NCBI GenBank assembly: GCA_036154315.1
Contig: JAYZLL010000035.1
Coordinates: forward strand, 3,934-67,933
Length of the DNA: 64,000 nt
Direction of reading: 5' to 3'
DNA from: Pseudomonadota bacterium
GTDB lineage: Bacteria > Pseudomonadota > Alphaproteobacteria > Rhodobacterales > Rhodobacteraceae
Shown here: piece by piece, positions 1 through 8,759 of the stretch
How positions within the stretch are numbered: position 1 is the first letter of the stretch
How the letters are laid out: each line of letters starts with the position of its first letter
Position numbers and translations under genes: made by a program
The notes under the pieces: model-generated
Told to the model about the DNA's origin: nothing
The model's database searches: none
What the model saw: only the letters and a program-made list of their open reading frames with translations

Positions 1-741
1 GATCACGTCCGGGGCTTCGTTGATCGTCTCTTCGTAATCCACGCTGGAGAACGGATTGTCGTAATTCGAGAACGGCGTGAGGATGTTGTAGACCGCGTCC
101 GGGCGGCTCATCGGAAAGGCCGCTATGTTATTGCCGCGCGTGAACCACGTGTAAAAGAACCAGTCGCCGCCCATGTGGTTATAGACCGAGGCGTCGATGC
201 GGATCGCGCGGTTGCAACCCTCGGGCGGGCAACTGCTCGCCATATGTGTGCGGGGCAGGGTGGTGCCCGCGTTGATCGGCTGCGGCGCCCCGAATTTCAC
301 ATTGGTGCGCGACGACCGCGCCACGAAGGTCGTCACCTGCTGGTTCGACGGGGGCGTCGCGATCGGGGGGCATTTGCCGCCTTGATTGAAGCGCATGGCC
401 GAAAAGGCGAGCACCAGCGTATCGCCATCCACCGACAGGTCCGGCGCCCAGATGCGGCAATAGCCGTGCTTCGGGTCGGTCTTGGACGGGTCGTAATGGG
501 TAAGCTCGCGGAAGTTGGTGAGGTTGGGCGATTGCCAGACCTTGATCGACCTGTTTTTCCCGGTCTCCCACGTGCCCGTCAGCAGATAGCGGTTGCCGTC
601 GCGCACGATCTCGGGGTCGGCCAGACCGTCCATGATATGCACACGACCGGGGTCGACCTGCTGGGCGTGCAGGGGTGGGGCGGTGACCGCGACGGCCACC
701 AAGGCCGCGAAAACCGTGGCCAAGGTCTTTGGGAAATTCAT
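1..741 (-). CDS. secreted glycoside-hydrolase-like protein (GH43-like beta-propeller); N-terminal 247 aa only, gene continues past window start
   Basis: Reverse frame is open from position 1 to ATG (complement of 739-741); I read all 247 triplets and found no stop. It is absent from the ORF track because it has no stop in the window. N-terminus MNFPKTLATVFAALVAVAVTAPPLHAQ looks like a Sec signal. DPEIVRDGNRYLLTGT and RIWAPDL resemble GH43-type propeller motifs. Confidence 0.55.
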   Translation of the reverse strand, partial: MNFPKTLATVFAALVAVAVTAPPLHAQQVDPGRVHIMDGLADPEIVRDGNRYLLTGTWETGKNRSIKVWQSPNLTNFRELTHYDPSKTDPKHGYCRIWAPDLSVDGDTLVLAFSAMRFNQGGKCPPIATPPSNQQVTTFVARSSRTNVKFGAPQPINAGTTLPRTHMASSCPPEGCNRAIRIDASVYNHMGGDWFFYTWFTRGNNIAAFPMSRPDAVYNILTPFSNYDNPFSSVDYEETINEAPDVI

Positions 742-844
742 GCTCTCACGCCTGTGTTTTTTGGGAGAAAGCATGACCGGAGCGCCCAAACCGGTCAAGC
801 GTGGCGCGATTGGCGTAGGGTCAATCTTTCGTCAGGCGGGCGCG

Positions 845-1720
845 CTACAGGCGCTTTTCAAAGAAAACGTCCGGATAGGGATCGTCGTTGAAGCGCTCGA
901 TCTCGGTCCAGCCCAGACGGCGATACATCGCCACCGCTTCGGGCAACTGGCTGTTGGTGTCGAGCCTGAGGACGCTCATCCCCAGATCGCGCGCCGTCGC
1001 CTCGATCACCTCCATCAGCCGGGTGGCGAGCTTGAGACCGCGCGCGGAGGGCGACACCCAAAGCCGCTTGACCTCGCCCCACGTGCCGTCATGCCCCTTC
1101 AGCCCGCCACACCCGATGGGCAGCCCATCGGACATGGCGACGAAGAATGCGCCCTTGGGGCGGATCATATCGGTCGCTTCGGGGTCGCGCGACAGATGCA
1201 CCTCGAACCCGCGCTCGAAGCGGCGCGCAAGCTCGCCGAAATACTCCCCCAGACACCAGACGGCATCGGGCGCGCGCGGATCGCATTCGACGAACTCGAC
1301 CGCATGCTGCCCGAGCGCCGAGGCAATCAGGTCCATCGCGGCCAGCAGATCGGCGCGGTTCGGGTGATGGTCGAGCAGCCGCTGCGCACGCGTGTTGGAC
1401 AGATTCTCATAGGCCTCGAACTCCGCACGGCCCCTGTCGGTCAGGCCCGCGACCCGGCGCCGGGCATCATCGGGCGAGGGGGTGGTCTCGACCAGCCCCT
1501 CATCCTCCAGCCCGCGCAACAGGCGGCTCATCAGACCGCTGTCGAGCCCGAGATAGTCGCGGATCGCCGCAACCTCACCCATCCCGCGCCCGATCGCGTT
1601 CAGCACGCGTGCCGACCCCAAAGGACGGCCCCGACCCAGAAAGCTCTGATCCATCACCCCGGTCTCGCGGGTGACGGTGCGGTGAAAGCGGCGGATACGG
1701 TCGATGTCGGTAGGTTGCAT
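845..1720 (-). CDS. bifunctional MarR-family HTH regulator / GNAT N-acetyltransferase fusion
   Basis: 291-aa ORF. N-terminal half has a winged-helix MarR-like segment (ARVLNAIGRGMGEVAAIRDYLGLDSGLMSRLLRGLEDEGLV). C-terminal half has a GNAT acetyl-CoA motif region (LWVSPSARGLKLATRLMEVIEATARDLG ... AMYRRLGW). Confidence 0.8.
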   Translation of the reverse strand: MQPTDIDRIRRFHRTVTRETGVMDQSFLGRGRPLGSARVLNAIGRGMGEVAAIRDYLGLDSGLMSRLLRGLEDEGLVETTPSPDDARRRVAGLTDRGRAEFEAYENLSNTRAQRLLDHHPNRADLLAAMDLIASALGQHAVEFVECDPRAPDAVWCLGEYFGELARRFERGFEVHLSRDPEATDMIRPKGAFFVAMSDGLPIGCGGLKGHDGTWGEVKRLWVSPSARGLKLATRLMEVIEATARDLGMSVLRLDTNSQLPEAVAMYRRLGWTEIERFNDDPYPDVFFEKRL

Positions 1721-1741
1721 GGTCTCGGACTCGGGTCAGGT

Positions 1742-1769
1742 AATTTATCGGACAGAAGTCAGATAAATT
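1742..1769. promoter_or_regulatory. AT-rich perfect inverted repeat AATTTATC-N12-GATAAATT, candidate MarR operator
   Basis: 8-bp arms at 1742-1749 and 1762-1769, 22 nt upstream of the MarR-GNAT start (1720), in the divergent region shared with nadD. MarR-type regulators bind palindromes overlapping their own promoters. Confidence 0.4.
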
Positions 1770-1836
1770 GCGCCCCGTCAAGCGATACACGCAATCGCCG
1801 TTGACACCCGGTGCCGCTGCAGGCCAATCAGTCGCG

Positions 1837-2439
1837 ATGCGCTACGACTTGCCACATGGACGGCCCGGGCGTGTGATCGGGCTTTTGGGCGGATCCTTCG
1901 ATCCCGCCCACGAAGGGCATGTGCATATCACCCGCGAAGCGATCAAACGCCTAGGGCTCGACGAGGTCTGGTGGCTGGTCAGCCCCGGCAACCCGTTGAA
2001 AGCCAAAGGCCCACGCGCGATGGAGGCGCGGCTCGAACGCGCCCGCGAGGTCATGCAGCACCCGCGTGTCACGATCACGGATATCGAAACCAAGCTCGGC
2101 ACGCGCTACACCGCCGAAACGCTCGGGCGGCTCTTCGACATCTATCCCAACGTGCGCTTCGTCTGGCTGATGGGGGCAGATAACCTCGCCCAGTTCCATC
2201 GGTGGGAGGATTGGCGCTGGATCATGAGCGCGCTGCCCGTCGCCGTGATCGCCCGGCCCGGCCAGCGTGTCGCGGCCCGGATGTCGCCCGCGGCCCAGAC
2301 GTTTCGCGAACACCGCGTGCCGGGGCGCCATGCCCGCCGGATCGTCCATATGGACCCGCCGGCTTGGTCGCTGATCAACGTGCCGATGCGCCCGCATTCC
2401 TCGTCCGAGATTCGCGCACGGGGCGAATGGTCCGACTGA
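1837..2439 (+). CDS. nadD: nicotinate-nucleotide adenylyltransferase
   Basis: [17 protein letters not shown] nucleotidyltransferase (H/T)xGH motif. The ORF opens at 1768, but the ATG at 1837 ([11 protein letters not shown]) gives the usual short N-terminus. Confidence 0.85.
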   Translation: MRYDLPHGRPGRVIGLLGGSFDPAHEGHVHITREAIKRLGLDEVWWLVSPGNPLKAKGPRAMEARLERAREVMQHPRVTITDIETKLGTRYTAETLGRLFDIYPNVRFVWLMGADNLAQFHRWEDWRWIMSALPVAVIARPGQRVAARMSPAAQTFREHRVPGRHARRIVHMDPPAWSLINVPMRPHSSSEIRARGEWSD

Positions 2440-2562
2440 GGGCACACACGCGGTTTTCCCGGAAACGTGACCGCCCGAACCCCGCAATTAACTAAGACTC
2501 TGCATCCATTGTTTCCGGAATCGGGCTTGTCGGCGCGCGACGGTTTGGTTTTACTCGCACAC

Positions 2563-4077
2563 ATGTCAGGGGGTTACACACGGCGCGCATTCGTATCGGG
2601 CGCTATGGCAGCGGTTGGGTCCGCGGCCATGGCCGAGGCCCCTTTGACCTCGATCCGACCGATGCCACGCGCCGATGCCGGGGTGGTGGTCCCGCCGCCA
2701 CGTCCGACGATCACCGTTCCGGCGGTCGACGATCTGGTCAAACAGGCCAACCTCAACGGCAAGATCGGCTTCGTCGTCGCAGATGCCCAGACCGGGCTGA
2801 TCCTCGAACAACGCAACGCCGCGGTCGCGATGCCGCCCGCGAGCGTCGCGAAATCCGTGACCGCACTCTATGCCTTCGACTCACTCGGCCTCGACCATGT
2901 GTTCGAAACCCGCCTGTTCGCCACAGGCGGCATCACCGATGGCAAGATTCAGGGCGACCTCATCCTCGCAGGTTCCGGCGATCCGACGCTCGACACCGAT
3001 GCGCTCGCTGGAATGGCGCAGAAGCTCAAGGATCTGGGCGTCACGGGGATCACGGGCGCCTATCAGGTCTACGGTGGTGCGCTGCCCTATGTGCGGTCGA
3101 TCGACCCGGGCCAGCCCGATCATCTGGGCTACAACCCGGCGGTCTCGGGCCTGAACCTCAATTTCAACCGCGTGCATTTCGAGTGGACCCGGTCGGGCGA
3201 GGGCTATTCGGTCGAGATGGACGCCCGCTCCGACCGCTACCGGCCCCGGGTGACGACCGCGCGGATGCAGGTCGTGGACAGGGACATTCCGGTCTACACC
3301 TATGCCAGCGACGCGGAGGCGGTCGATCAATGGACGGTGGCACGCGGCGCGCTGGGCAATGGCGGTTCGCGCTGGCTGCCGGTTCGTCGCCCCGACCTAT
3401 ATGCGGGCGAGGTGTTTCAGGCGCTCGCGCGGGTACACGGGATCACCCTGCCGAAAGCAGCAGCGCGCGCAGAGGCGCCCACCGGCACCGCCATCGTCAG
3501 CCACCGGTCGCAGGACCTGTCGACCATCGTGCGCGACATGCTGCTATATTCCACGAACATCACTGCCGAAGCGGTGGGGCTTGCCGCCAGTCGCGCGCGC
3601 GGGATCGAGGTGACCAACCTCGAGCAGTCCGGCGCTGCGATGAGCGACTGGATGCGCGAGGCGATGGGGGCGACCGCCGCGGCCTTCACCGACCATTCCG
3701 GCCTGTCCGACACCGGCGTCGTCTCGACGCAGGATATGGTCAGGATGTTGCAGGTCTCCAAACCGGGCGGGGTTCTGCACCAGCACCTCAAACAGGTTCC
3801 GGTGCGTGACGACGAGGGGCAGTACAACGAACATGCCGCCCACACGATCATGGCCAAGACCGGCACGCTGAACTTCGTCTCTACGCTTTCTGGCTATGTC
3901 ACGGCGGCCGATGGAAACGTGCTGTGTTTCGCGATCTTCACCAACGACATGGAGCGCCGGGCCGCCCTGACCAGAGCCGAACGCGAGCGTCCCGATGGCG
4001 GGCGTGGTTGGGCCAGCCGGTCGCGCTGGCTCCAGCAACAGCTCATCAGCCGGTGGATGACCGTCTACGGCGTCTGA
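2563..4077 (+). CDS. dacB: D-alanyl-D-alanine carboxypeptidase/endopeptidase, PBP4 (peptidase S13) family
   Basis: Twin-arginine-like signal MSGGYTRRAFVSGAMAAVGSAAMA from the ATG at 2563. SxxK active site in PPASVAKSVTALYA. Length and KTGT-type region (MAKTGTLNFVS) fit PBP4. Confidence 0.85.
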   Translation: MSGGYTRRAFVSGAMAAVGSAAMAEAPLTSIRPMPRADAGVVVPPPRPTITVPAVDDLVKQANLNGKIGFVVADAQTGLILEQRNAAVAMPPASVAKSVTALYAFDSLGLDHVFETRLFATGGITDGKIQGDLILAGSGDPTLDTDALAGMAQKLKDLGVTGITGAYQVYGGALPYVRSIDPGQPDHLGYNPAVSGLNLNFNRVHFEWTRSGEGYSVEMDARSDRYRPRVTTARMQVVDRDIPVYTYASDAEAVDQWTVARGALGNGGSRWLPVRRPDLYAGEVFQALARVHGITLPKAAARAEAPTGTAIVSHRSQDLSTIVRDMLLYSTNITAEAVGLAASRARGIEVTNLEQSGAAMSDWMREAMGATAAAFTDHSGLSDTGVVSTQDMVRMLQVSKPGGVLHQHLKQVPVRDDEGQYNEHAAHTIMAKTGTLNFVSTLSGYVTAADGNVLCFAIFTNDMERRAALTRAERERPDGGRGWASRSRWLQQQLISRWMTVYGV

Positions 4078-4091
4078 TCTTCTTCGTTTCA

Positions 4092-4149
4092 GGAAACCTC
4101 GGGGGTGGGGGGCATTTGCCTGCAAATGCCCCCAAGGGGGCTGGCCCCC
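4092..4149. repeat. REP-like intergenic element: GAAACCTCGGGGG + 12-bp perfect hairpin + GGGGGCTGGCCCCC hairpin
   Basis: GGGGGCATTTGC/GCAAATGCCCCC (4108-4133) followed by GGGGG-CTGG-CCCCC (4136-4149). Related copies at 12400-12460 and 17417-17450 share the GAAA(A/T)C/ATC..GGGGG leader and the GGGGG(A)CTGG(T)CCCCC hairpin. Confidence 0.6.
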
Positions 4150-4231
4150 TTTCACCGCGCGGACCCGGCATCGCCGGGGCCGTGCAAAAGCTGTTGCGGG
4201 CGGCCCCGCCGCCCGCTCCGTTTGGCGAGGG

Positions 4232-4930
4232 TCATTCGCGCGACGGGATGTTCACGGCCTTTTCGCTTGCCGGGCGGGCCATACAGGCCGCGCGCCAACG
4301 CAGGACGTTCTCGAACTGCGCCATCTCCAGCACGTCGTCGGCCTTGTAGGCGGACGAGATGCCGCGCACCCAGGGCCAGCTTGCGATGTCGGCGATGGTA
4401 TAGTCGTCACCCATGATGAACGACCGGCCCTCCAGCCGCTTGTCCAGAACGCCCAGCAGGCGCTTGGATTCGTTGATGTAACGCTCGCGCGGGCGCGGGT
4501 CTTCGATGTCCTTGCCGCCGAAGGCGAAGAAGAAGCCGAACTGGCCGAGCATCGGGCCGAGCCCGCCCATCTGCCACATGACCCACTGGATCGTCTCGTA
4601 TTTCGCGGCCGGGTCCTGCGACAGGAACAGCCCGGTCTTTTCGGCCAGATAGATCAGGATCGCCCCGGTTTCGAACAGCCCCAGCGGTTTGCCGCCCGGC
4701 CCATCCGGGTCGATGATCGCGGGGATCTTGTTGTTGGGGTTGAGCGACAGGAACTCCGGCGTGAACTGGTCGTCTTCCATGATGTTCACGAGGTGCGCCT
4801 CATAGGGCAGGCCGGTCTCTTCGAGCATGGCCGAGACTTTGATCCCGTTCGGCGTGGGCAGCGAGTAAAGCTGGATCTGCGACGGGTTGGCGGCGGGCCA
4901 GCGTTTGGTGATCTGAAAGTCTTCGAGCAT
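4232..4930 (-). CDS. glutathione S-transferase (Nu/YfcG-YghU-like class)
   Basis: 232-aa ORF with GST N-domain (LYSLPTPNGIKVSAMLEETGLPYE ... NPNNKIPAIIDP ... LFETGAILIYLAEK) and C-domain (YTIADIASWPW). Confidence 0.85.
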   Translation of the reverse strand: MLEDFQITKRWPAANPSQIQLYSLPTPNGIKVSAMLEETGLPYEAHLVNIMEDDQFTPEFLSLNPNNKIPAIIDPDGPGGKPLGLFETGAILIYLAEKTGLFLSQDPAAKYETIQWVMWQMGGLGPMLGQFGFFFAFGGKDIEDPRPRERYINESKRLLGVLDKRLEGRSFIMGDDYTIADIASWPWVRGISSAYKADDVLEMAQFENVLRWRAACMARPASEKAVNIPSRE

Positions 4931-5045
4931 GGCGATATCCTTGTGACGTGGCGCTCAAATGCGCCTTTGGGTACACCGTTTCAGCTTTGCCGGGCCAGCG
5001 CCACCGGCATTTGCGCACAAGTCCCGTTCACCGTCCGACTTCCAC

Positions 5046-5092
5046 GGGCGACTTAACCGGGAGACTTTATCGGGCGACTTTACTGGGCGACG
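5046..5092. repeat. 3.5 copies of a 13-nt tandem repeat GGGCGACTTTANC
   Basis: GGGCGACTTAACC (5046-5058), GGGAGACTTTATC (5059-5071), GGGCGACTTTACT (5072-5084), GGGCGACG.. (5085-). Spans the stop codon (5080-5082) of the upstream minus-strand gene and the region upstream of the GST gene. Confidence 0.7.
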
Positions 5093-5505
5093 CGCAGGTA
5101 GTCGGCGTGGGTGGTTTGCTCGAAGGCGGGCATGCGCTGGGTGCCGCCGTCCTCCAGCGGCCAGTCCTGCGGGTCCCACAGGATGCGCGCGACCGAGGGC
5201 GTGCCGTTCACGGGTGAGGGGACGTGACCCAGGATCGTGCCCGTGCGACCTGCGCCGACGACGACGCGGTATGTGGCGCCGTCCGCCTCGACCGTGTCGA
5301 TCCCTGCGTGTTTGTAGACTTCGACGGGGGTGCCGGGGCAAAAGACCTTGCCCTCGAACCGGACCTGCTCCGCCTCGGGGCAATCGCGGGCTGCGGCGTA
5401 GGGGTCGACCTCCGGCACTGGGCCTTCGCCTGTCAGCCAAAGTTCAGCCGCGCCGCCCGCGACGGCCAACACCAAGACCACCGCAGGCAGAACCCAGCCG
5501 CGCAT
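5080..5505 (-). CDS. hypothetical membrane-anchored/exported protein
   Basis: 141-aa ORF with strong GC3 bias in this frame and N-terminal hydrophobic segment MRGWVLPAVVLVLAVAGGAA. No family recognised. Confidence 0.6.
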   Translation of the reverse strand: MRGWVLPAVVLVLAVAGGAAELWLTGEGPVPEVDPYAAARDCPEAEQVRFEGKVFCPGTPVEVYKHAGIDTVEADGATYRVVVGAGRTGTILGHVPSPVNGTPSVARILWDPQDWPLEDGGTQRMPAFEQTTHADYLRVAQ

Positions 5506-5509
5506 GGTC

Positions 5510-5932
5510 CTAGAGCGTCATGTGCCGCGCCCGCGCGCCGCGTTCGATGGCGGCGGCGTGGAGCCGGTCGATGTTGAGCTCGTAGCGGATTTCTTCGAGC
5601 AGGCGCAGTTCGCTTTCGCGCATTACCGCATCCGCCGCGGCCACGTCGCAGGAGATGGCATAGGCGGTTTCCCACAGCCGTTCGGGCAGGTTCTCCCGCA
5701 CGAGGCCGAAGAGTGCGTCCAGCCCGTCCTCTTCGCTCATCAGATCGAACACCGTCTGGCTGACCTGCTTGATGCGGTCGGCGTCGTAATTGGCGAAGAC
5801 GGGCAGGTGATCCACGATCTCTTCGATACGCAGAAGTTCCGAGGTGCGGATCTGGCCGTCGGACAGCGATACCGTCATCATTACGGCGATCAGGCAGTCC
5901 TCGGCGGTCAGGGAATGGGGCAGGTCGGGCAC
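5510..5932 (-). CDS. TerB-like (tellurite-resistance TerB fold) family protein
   Basis: 140-aa acidic helical protein. Paired segments CLIAVMMTVSLSDGQIRTSELLRIEEI and AYAISCDVAAADAVMRESELRLLEEIRYEL are typical of TerB-like two-repeat domains. Confidence 0.6.
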   Translation of the reverse strand: MPDLPHSLTAEDCLIAVMMTVSLSDGQIRTSELLRIEEIVDHLPVFANYDADRIKQVSQTVFDLMSEEDGLDALFGLVRENLPERLWETAYAISCDVAAADAVMRESELRLLEEIRYELNIDRLHAAAIERGARARHMTL

Positions 5933-6053
5933 GCGGGCCTCCTCGTGTCTTTATTGTTGCTCTACAGATTATTGACCCGGATCATCCCGTTCAATAGGTA
6001 GGCGCTTTCACGGGCGCATGGGTGCGCCTGTCGTTAGCTACCGGAACTGAACC

Positions 6054-7631
6054 ATGTCTGATCTGCGTGACGTCGCGATGAACTCGAAAGCCTGGCCCTT
6101 CGAAGAGGCGCGCCGGCTGGCGAAACGCTATGAAAAACAGCCCCCCGAAAAGGGTTACGTGCTGTTCGAGACGGGCTATGGCCCCTCCGGTCTGCCCCAT
6201 ATCGGCACCTTCGGCGAGGTGGCGCGCACCACGATGATCCGCCATGCGTTCGAGGTCATCAGCGACATCCCGACGCGGCTTTTCTGCTTCTCCGACGACA
6301 TGGACGGCATGCGCAAGGTGCCCGAGAACGTCCCGAACCAAGAGATGCTGCGCGAACACCTGCAGCAGCCGCTCACCGTCGTGCCGGACCCGTTCGAGGA
6401 ATTCGAAAGCTTCGGCCACCACAACAACGCCATGCTGCGCCGGTTCCTCGACACATTCGGGTTCGAGTATGAGTTCTATTCCGCGACCGAATTCTACAAG
6501 TCGGGCGCCTTCGACGAGACGCTTCTCGCGGCCGCGAAGAATTACGACAAGCTGATGGAAATCATGCTGAAATCCCTGCGGGAGGAGCGTCAGCAGACCT
6601 ATTCGATCTTCCTGCCGATCCACCCTGAGACGGGGCGGGTGCTTTATGTCCCGCTGAAAGAGGTGAACGCCGAAGACGGTACGATCACCTTCGACGACGA
6701 GGACGGCAAGGAATGGACGCTGCCCGTGACGGGCGGCAACGTGAAACTTCAGTGGAAACCCGACTTTGGCGCCCGCTGGGCCGCGCTCGACGTTGATTTC
6801 GAGATGTATGGCAAGGACCACTCGTCCAACACGCCGATCTACGACGGCATCTGCCGTGCGCTGGGTGGGAAAGCGCCGGAGCACTTCGTCTATGAACTGT
6901 TCCTCGACGACAAGGGCGAGAAGATTTCCAAGTCCAAGGGCAACGGGCTGTCGATCGACGAATGGCTGACCTATGCCTCGACCGAGTCGCTGTCCTATTT
7001 CATGTATCAAAAGCCCAAGACCGCGAAGCGCATGTTCTTCGACGTGATCCCGCGCGCAATGGACGAATATCACCAGCAGCTTGCGGCCTATCCGAACCAG
7101 ACGCCCGAACAGCAGCTGGCGAACCCGGTCTACCACATCCATTCCGGCAACGTGCCGGAGAGCAAGATGGTGGTGAACTACTCGATGCTCCTGAACCTCG
7201 CGTCGGTGGCTTCGGCCCAGGACAAATCGGTGCTCTGGGGCTTCATCAGGAACTACGCACCGGACGCGACGCCCGAGACGCACCCGGACCTCGACGCCGC
7301 TGCGGGCTATGCGATCAAGTATTACGAGGATTTCGTGGCCCCCACCAAATCCTACCGCCTGCCCACCGATCTGGAGCGTGAGGCGCTGACCGATTTGCGC
7401 GGCCGTCTGGCGGCGTGGGACGGCGGCAACGATGCCGAGGGTCTGCAGGGCGAGGTTTTTGCCTGTGGTCGCGACCGGTTCGAGCAGATGCGCGATTGGT
7501 TCAAGGCGCTCTATCAGGTGTTGCTCGGCGCCGATCAGGGCCCGCGCTTCGGCTCGTTCGTGGCGCTCTACGGCGTGGACGAAACGGTTGCGCTGATCGA
7601 CAAGGCGCTGGCGGGCGATCTCGTCGCCTGA
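6054..7631 (+). CDS. lysK: lysine--tRNA ligase, class I
   Basis: 525 aa. Class I signature [13 protein letters not shown] (HIGH-like) and KISKSKGNG (KMSKS). Class I LysRS is typical of alphaproteobacteria. Confidence 0.92.
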   Translation: MSDLRDVAMNSKAWPFEEARRLAKRYEKQPPEKGYVLFETGYGPSGLPHIGTFGEVARTTMIRHAFEVISDIPTRLFCFSDDMDGMRKVPENVPNQEMLREHLQQPLTVVPDPFEEFESFGHHNNAMLRRFLDTFGFEYEFYSATEFYKSGAFDETLLAAAKNYDKLMEIMLKSLREERQQTYSIFLPIHPETGRVLYVPLKEVNAEDGTITFDDEDGKEWTLPVTGGNVKLQWKPDFGARWAALDVDFEMYGKDHSSNTPIYDGICRALGGKAPEHFVYELFLDDKGEKISKSKGNGLSIDEWLTYASTESLSYFMYQKPKTAKRMFFDVIPRAMDEYHQQLAAYPNQTPEQQLANPVYHIHSGNVPESKMVVNYSMLLNLASVASAQDKSVLWGFIRNYAPDATPETHPDLDAAAGYAIKYYEDFVAPTKSYRLPTDLEREALTDLRGRLAAWDGGNDAEGLQGEVFACGRDRFEQMRDWFKALYQVLLGADQGPRFGSFVALYGVDETVALIDKALAGDLVA

Positions 7632-7655
7632 ACCAAACCGGATTGACGAAACGAC

Positions 7656-7691
7656 CCTCTCCGACCCACGGTCGGGGAGGGTTTGTTTTTG
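7656..7691 (+). terminator. Rho-independent terminator of lysK
   Basis: 12-bp stem CCCTCTCCGACC/GGTCGGGGAGGG (one G-U), loop CAC, then TTTGTTTTT. Confidence 0.8.
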
Positions 7692-7700
7692 GAGGCTCAC

Positions 7701-8204
7701 ATGAAACGCGTTCTGTCCGGGCTGGCGCTTGCCGCGACCCTCGCCATGCCGTCTTTCGCGCAAGAGGTTCAGGTGGGCCGCTTCGGTGTGCAGGTGAACC
7801 TGCCGGTGGGTCTGAACGACCGCGATCTGCATTGGATCATGGGCGAGGCCCCGACCAATGACGATGGCCGCGCCTTTACGCTCGACGGTGCGCCGGTGAT
7901 GGTCGCCGTCTACGGCTCCTACCTCTGGCAGGACGATTTCGCGCAGGCGGTCGCGATGGCCGAAGACTATGCCGAAGAGGGCGAGAGCGAGATCACCTAT
8001 CGCGCAGGCGGCGCACGCTGGGCGGTGCTGTCAGGCTACCGCGCGGATGGCACGGTGTTCTATCACCGCATGGAACTGGCCGCCGATTGCGACGACGATG
8101 GCGACGTGCTCATCAATGTGATGATCGAGCGCGGGCCGGACGCGACGTGGTTCGACGCGCTCACGGGTGCGATTGCCGAAAGCCTGCGGGGCTGTCGGGA
8201 GTAA
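7701..8204 (+). CDS. hypothetical secreted protein
   Basis: GGAGG RBS at 7692-7696, ATG at 7701, signal peptide MKRVLSGLALAATLAMPSFAQ. Acidic mature part, no family recognised. Confidence 0.65.
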   Translation: MKRVLSGLALAATLAMPSFAQEVQVGRFGVQVNLPVGLNDRDLHWIMGEAPTNDDGRAFTLDGAPVMVAVYGSYLWQDDFAQAVAMAEDYAEEGESEITYRAGGARWAVLSGYRADGTVFYHRMELAADCDDDGDVLINVMIERGPDATWFDALTGAIAESLRGCRE

Positions 8205-8579
8205 TCAGGCTTCGGCCCCCTGCGGCTCCCACAACTGGATCGGATTGCCCTCGGGGTCTTTCAACGTGGCGAAAAGCCCGTTGGGATAGGTGGTCGGGTC
8301 GACCTCGACCTCGATCCCGGCGCTGATGAGGTCGTCGACGGCAGCGGCAAGGTCGGCGACGCGGAAATTCAGCATGAACTGCTGCTCGGGCCTGCCGAAC
8401 ATGCCCGTGTCCTTGGGGAAGGGGGCAAAGACGGTCGTGCCCGCCGCCTGCTGCCACGCGGGCTTGTCGTAATCGTCCGGCACCTGAAGGATGCCGAAAT
8501 GCGTCTCATACCACTGGGCGAGTGCCGCGGGGTCTTCCGCGCGAAAGAAGAAGCCGCCAATTCCCGTAACCTGAACCAT
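8205..8579 (-). CDS. VOC (glyoxalase/bleomycin-resistance/dioxygenase) family protein
   Basis: 124 aa. GIGGFFFRAEDPAALAQWY ... DPEGNPIQLWEP is typical of a single VOC module. Confidence 0.75.
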   Translation of the reverse strand: MVQVTGIGGFFFRAEDPAALAQWYETHFGILQVPDDYDKPAWQQAAGTTVFAPFPKDTGMFGRPEQQFMLNFRVADLAAAVDDLISAGIEVEVDPTTYPNGLFATLKDPEGNPIQLWEPQGAEA

Positions 8580-8633
8580 CGCATCCTCCTGTTGTGCGGC
8601 AAGGATACCGCGTTGCAGGCGGGGCGGGTCAAG

Positions 8634-8759
8634 TCATGCGATCCACAGCCTAATGAACCACGCCACCGTGCCGATGGCGGCCACGCTCAGCCCGTAAATC
8701 GCCACGAACCACAACAGCTGCTTGCCCTTGCGGCGCGGTTTTTCCGGCACGTCCGACAT
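8634..8759 (-). CDS. 41-aa membrane microprotein, DUF2474-like, trailing gene of the bd-oxidase operon
   Basis: Below the ORF-track size cutoff. ATG (8757-8759) overlaps the cydB stop (8759-8761) by 1 nt. Translation is MSDVPEKPRRKGKQLLWFVAIYGLSVAAIGTVAWFIRLWIA: a basic head plus one TM helix, as in DUF2474 proteins found after cioB. Confidence 0.65.
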   Translation of the reverse strand: MSDVPEKPRRKGKQLLWFVAIYGLSVAAIGTVAWFIRLWIA

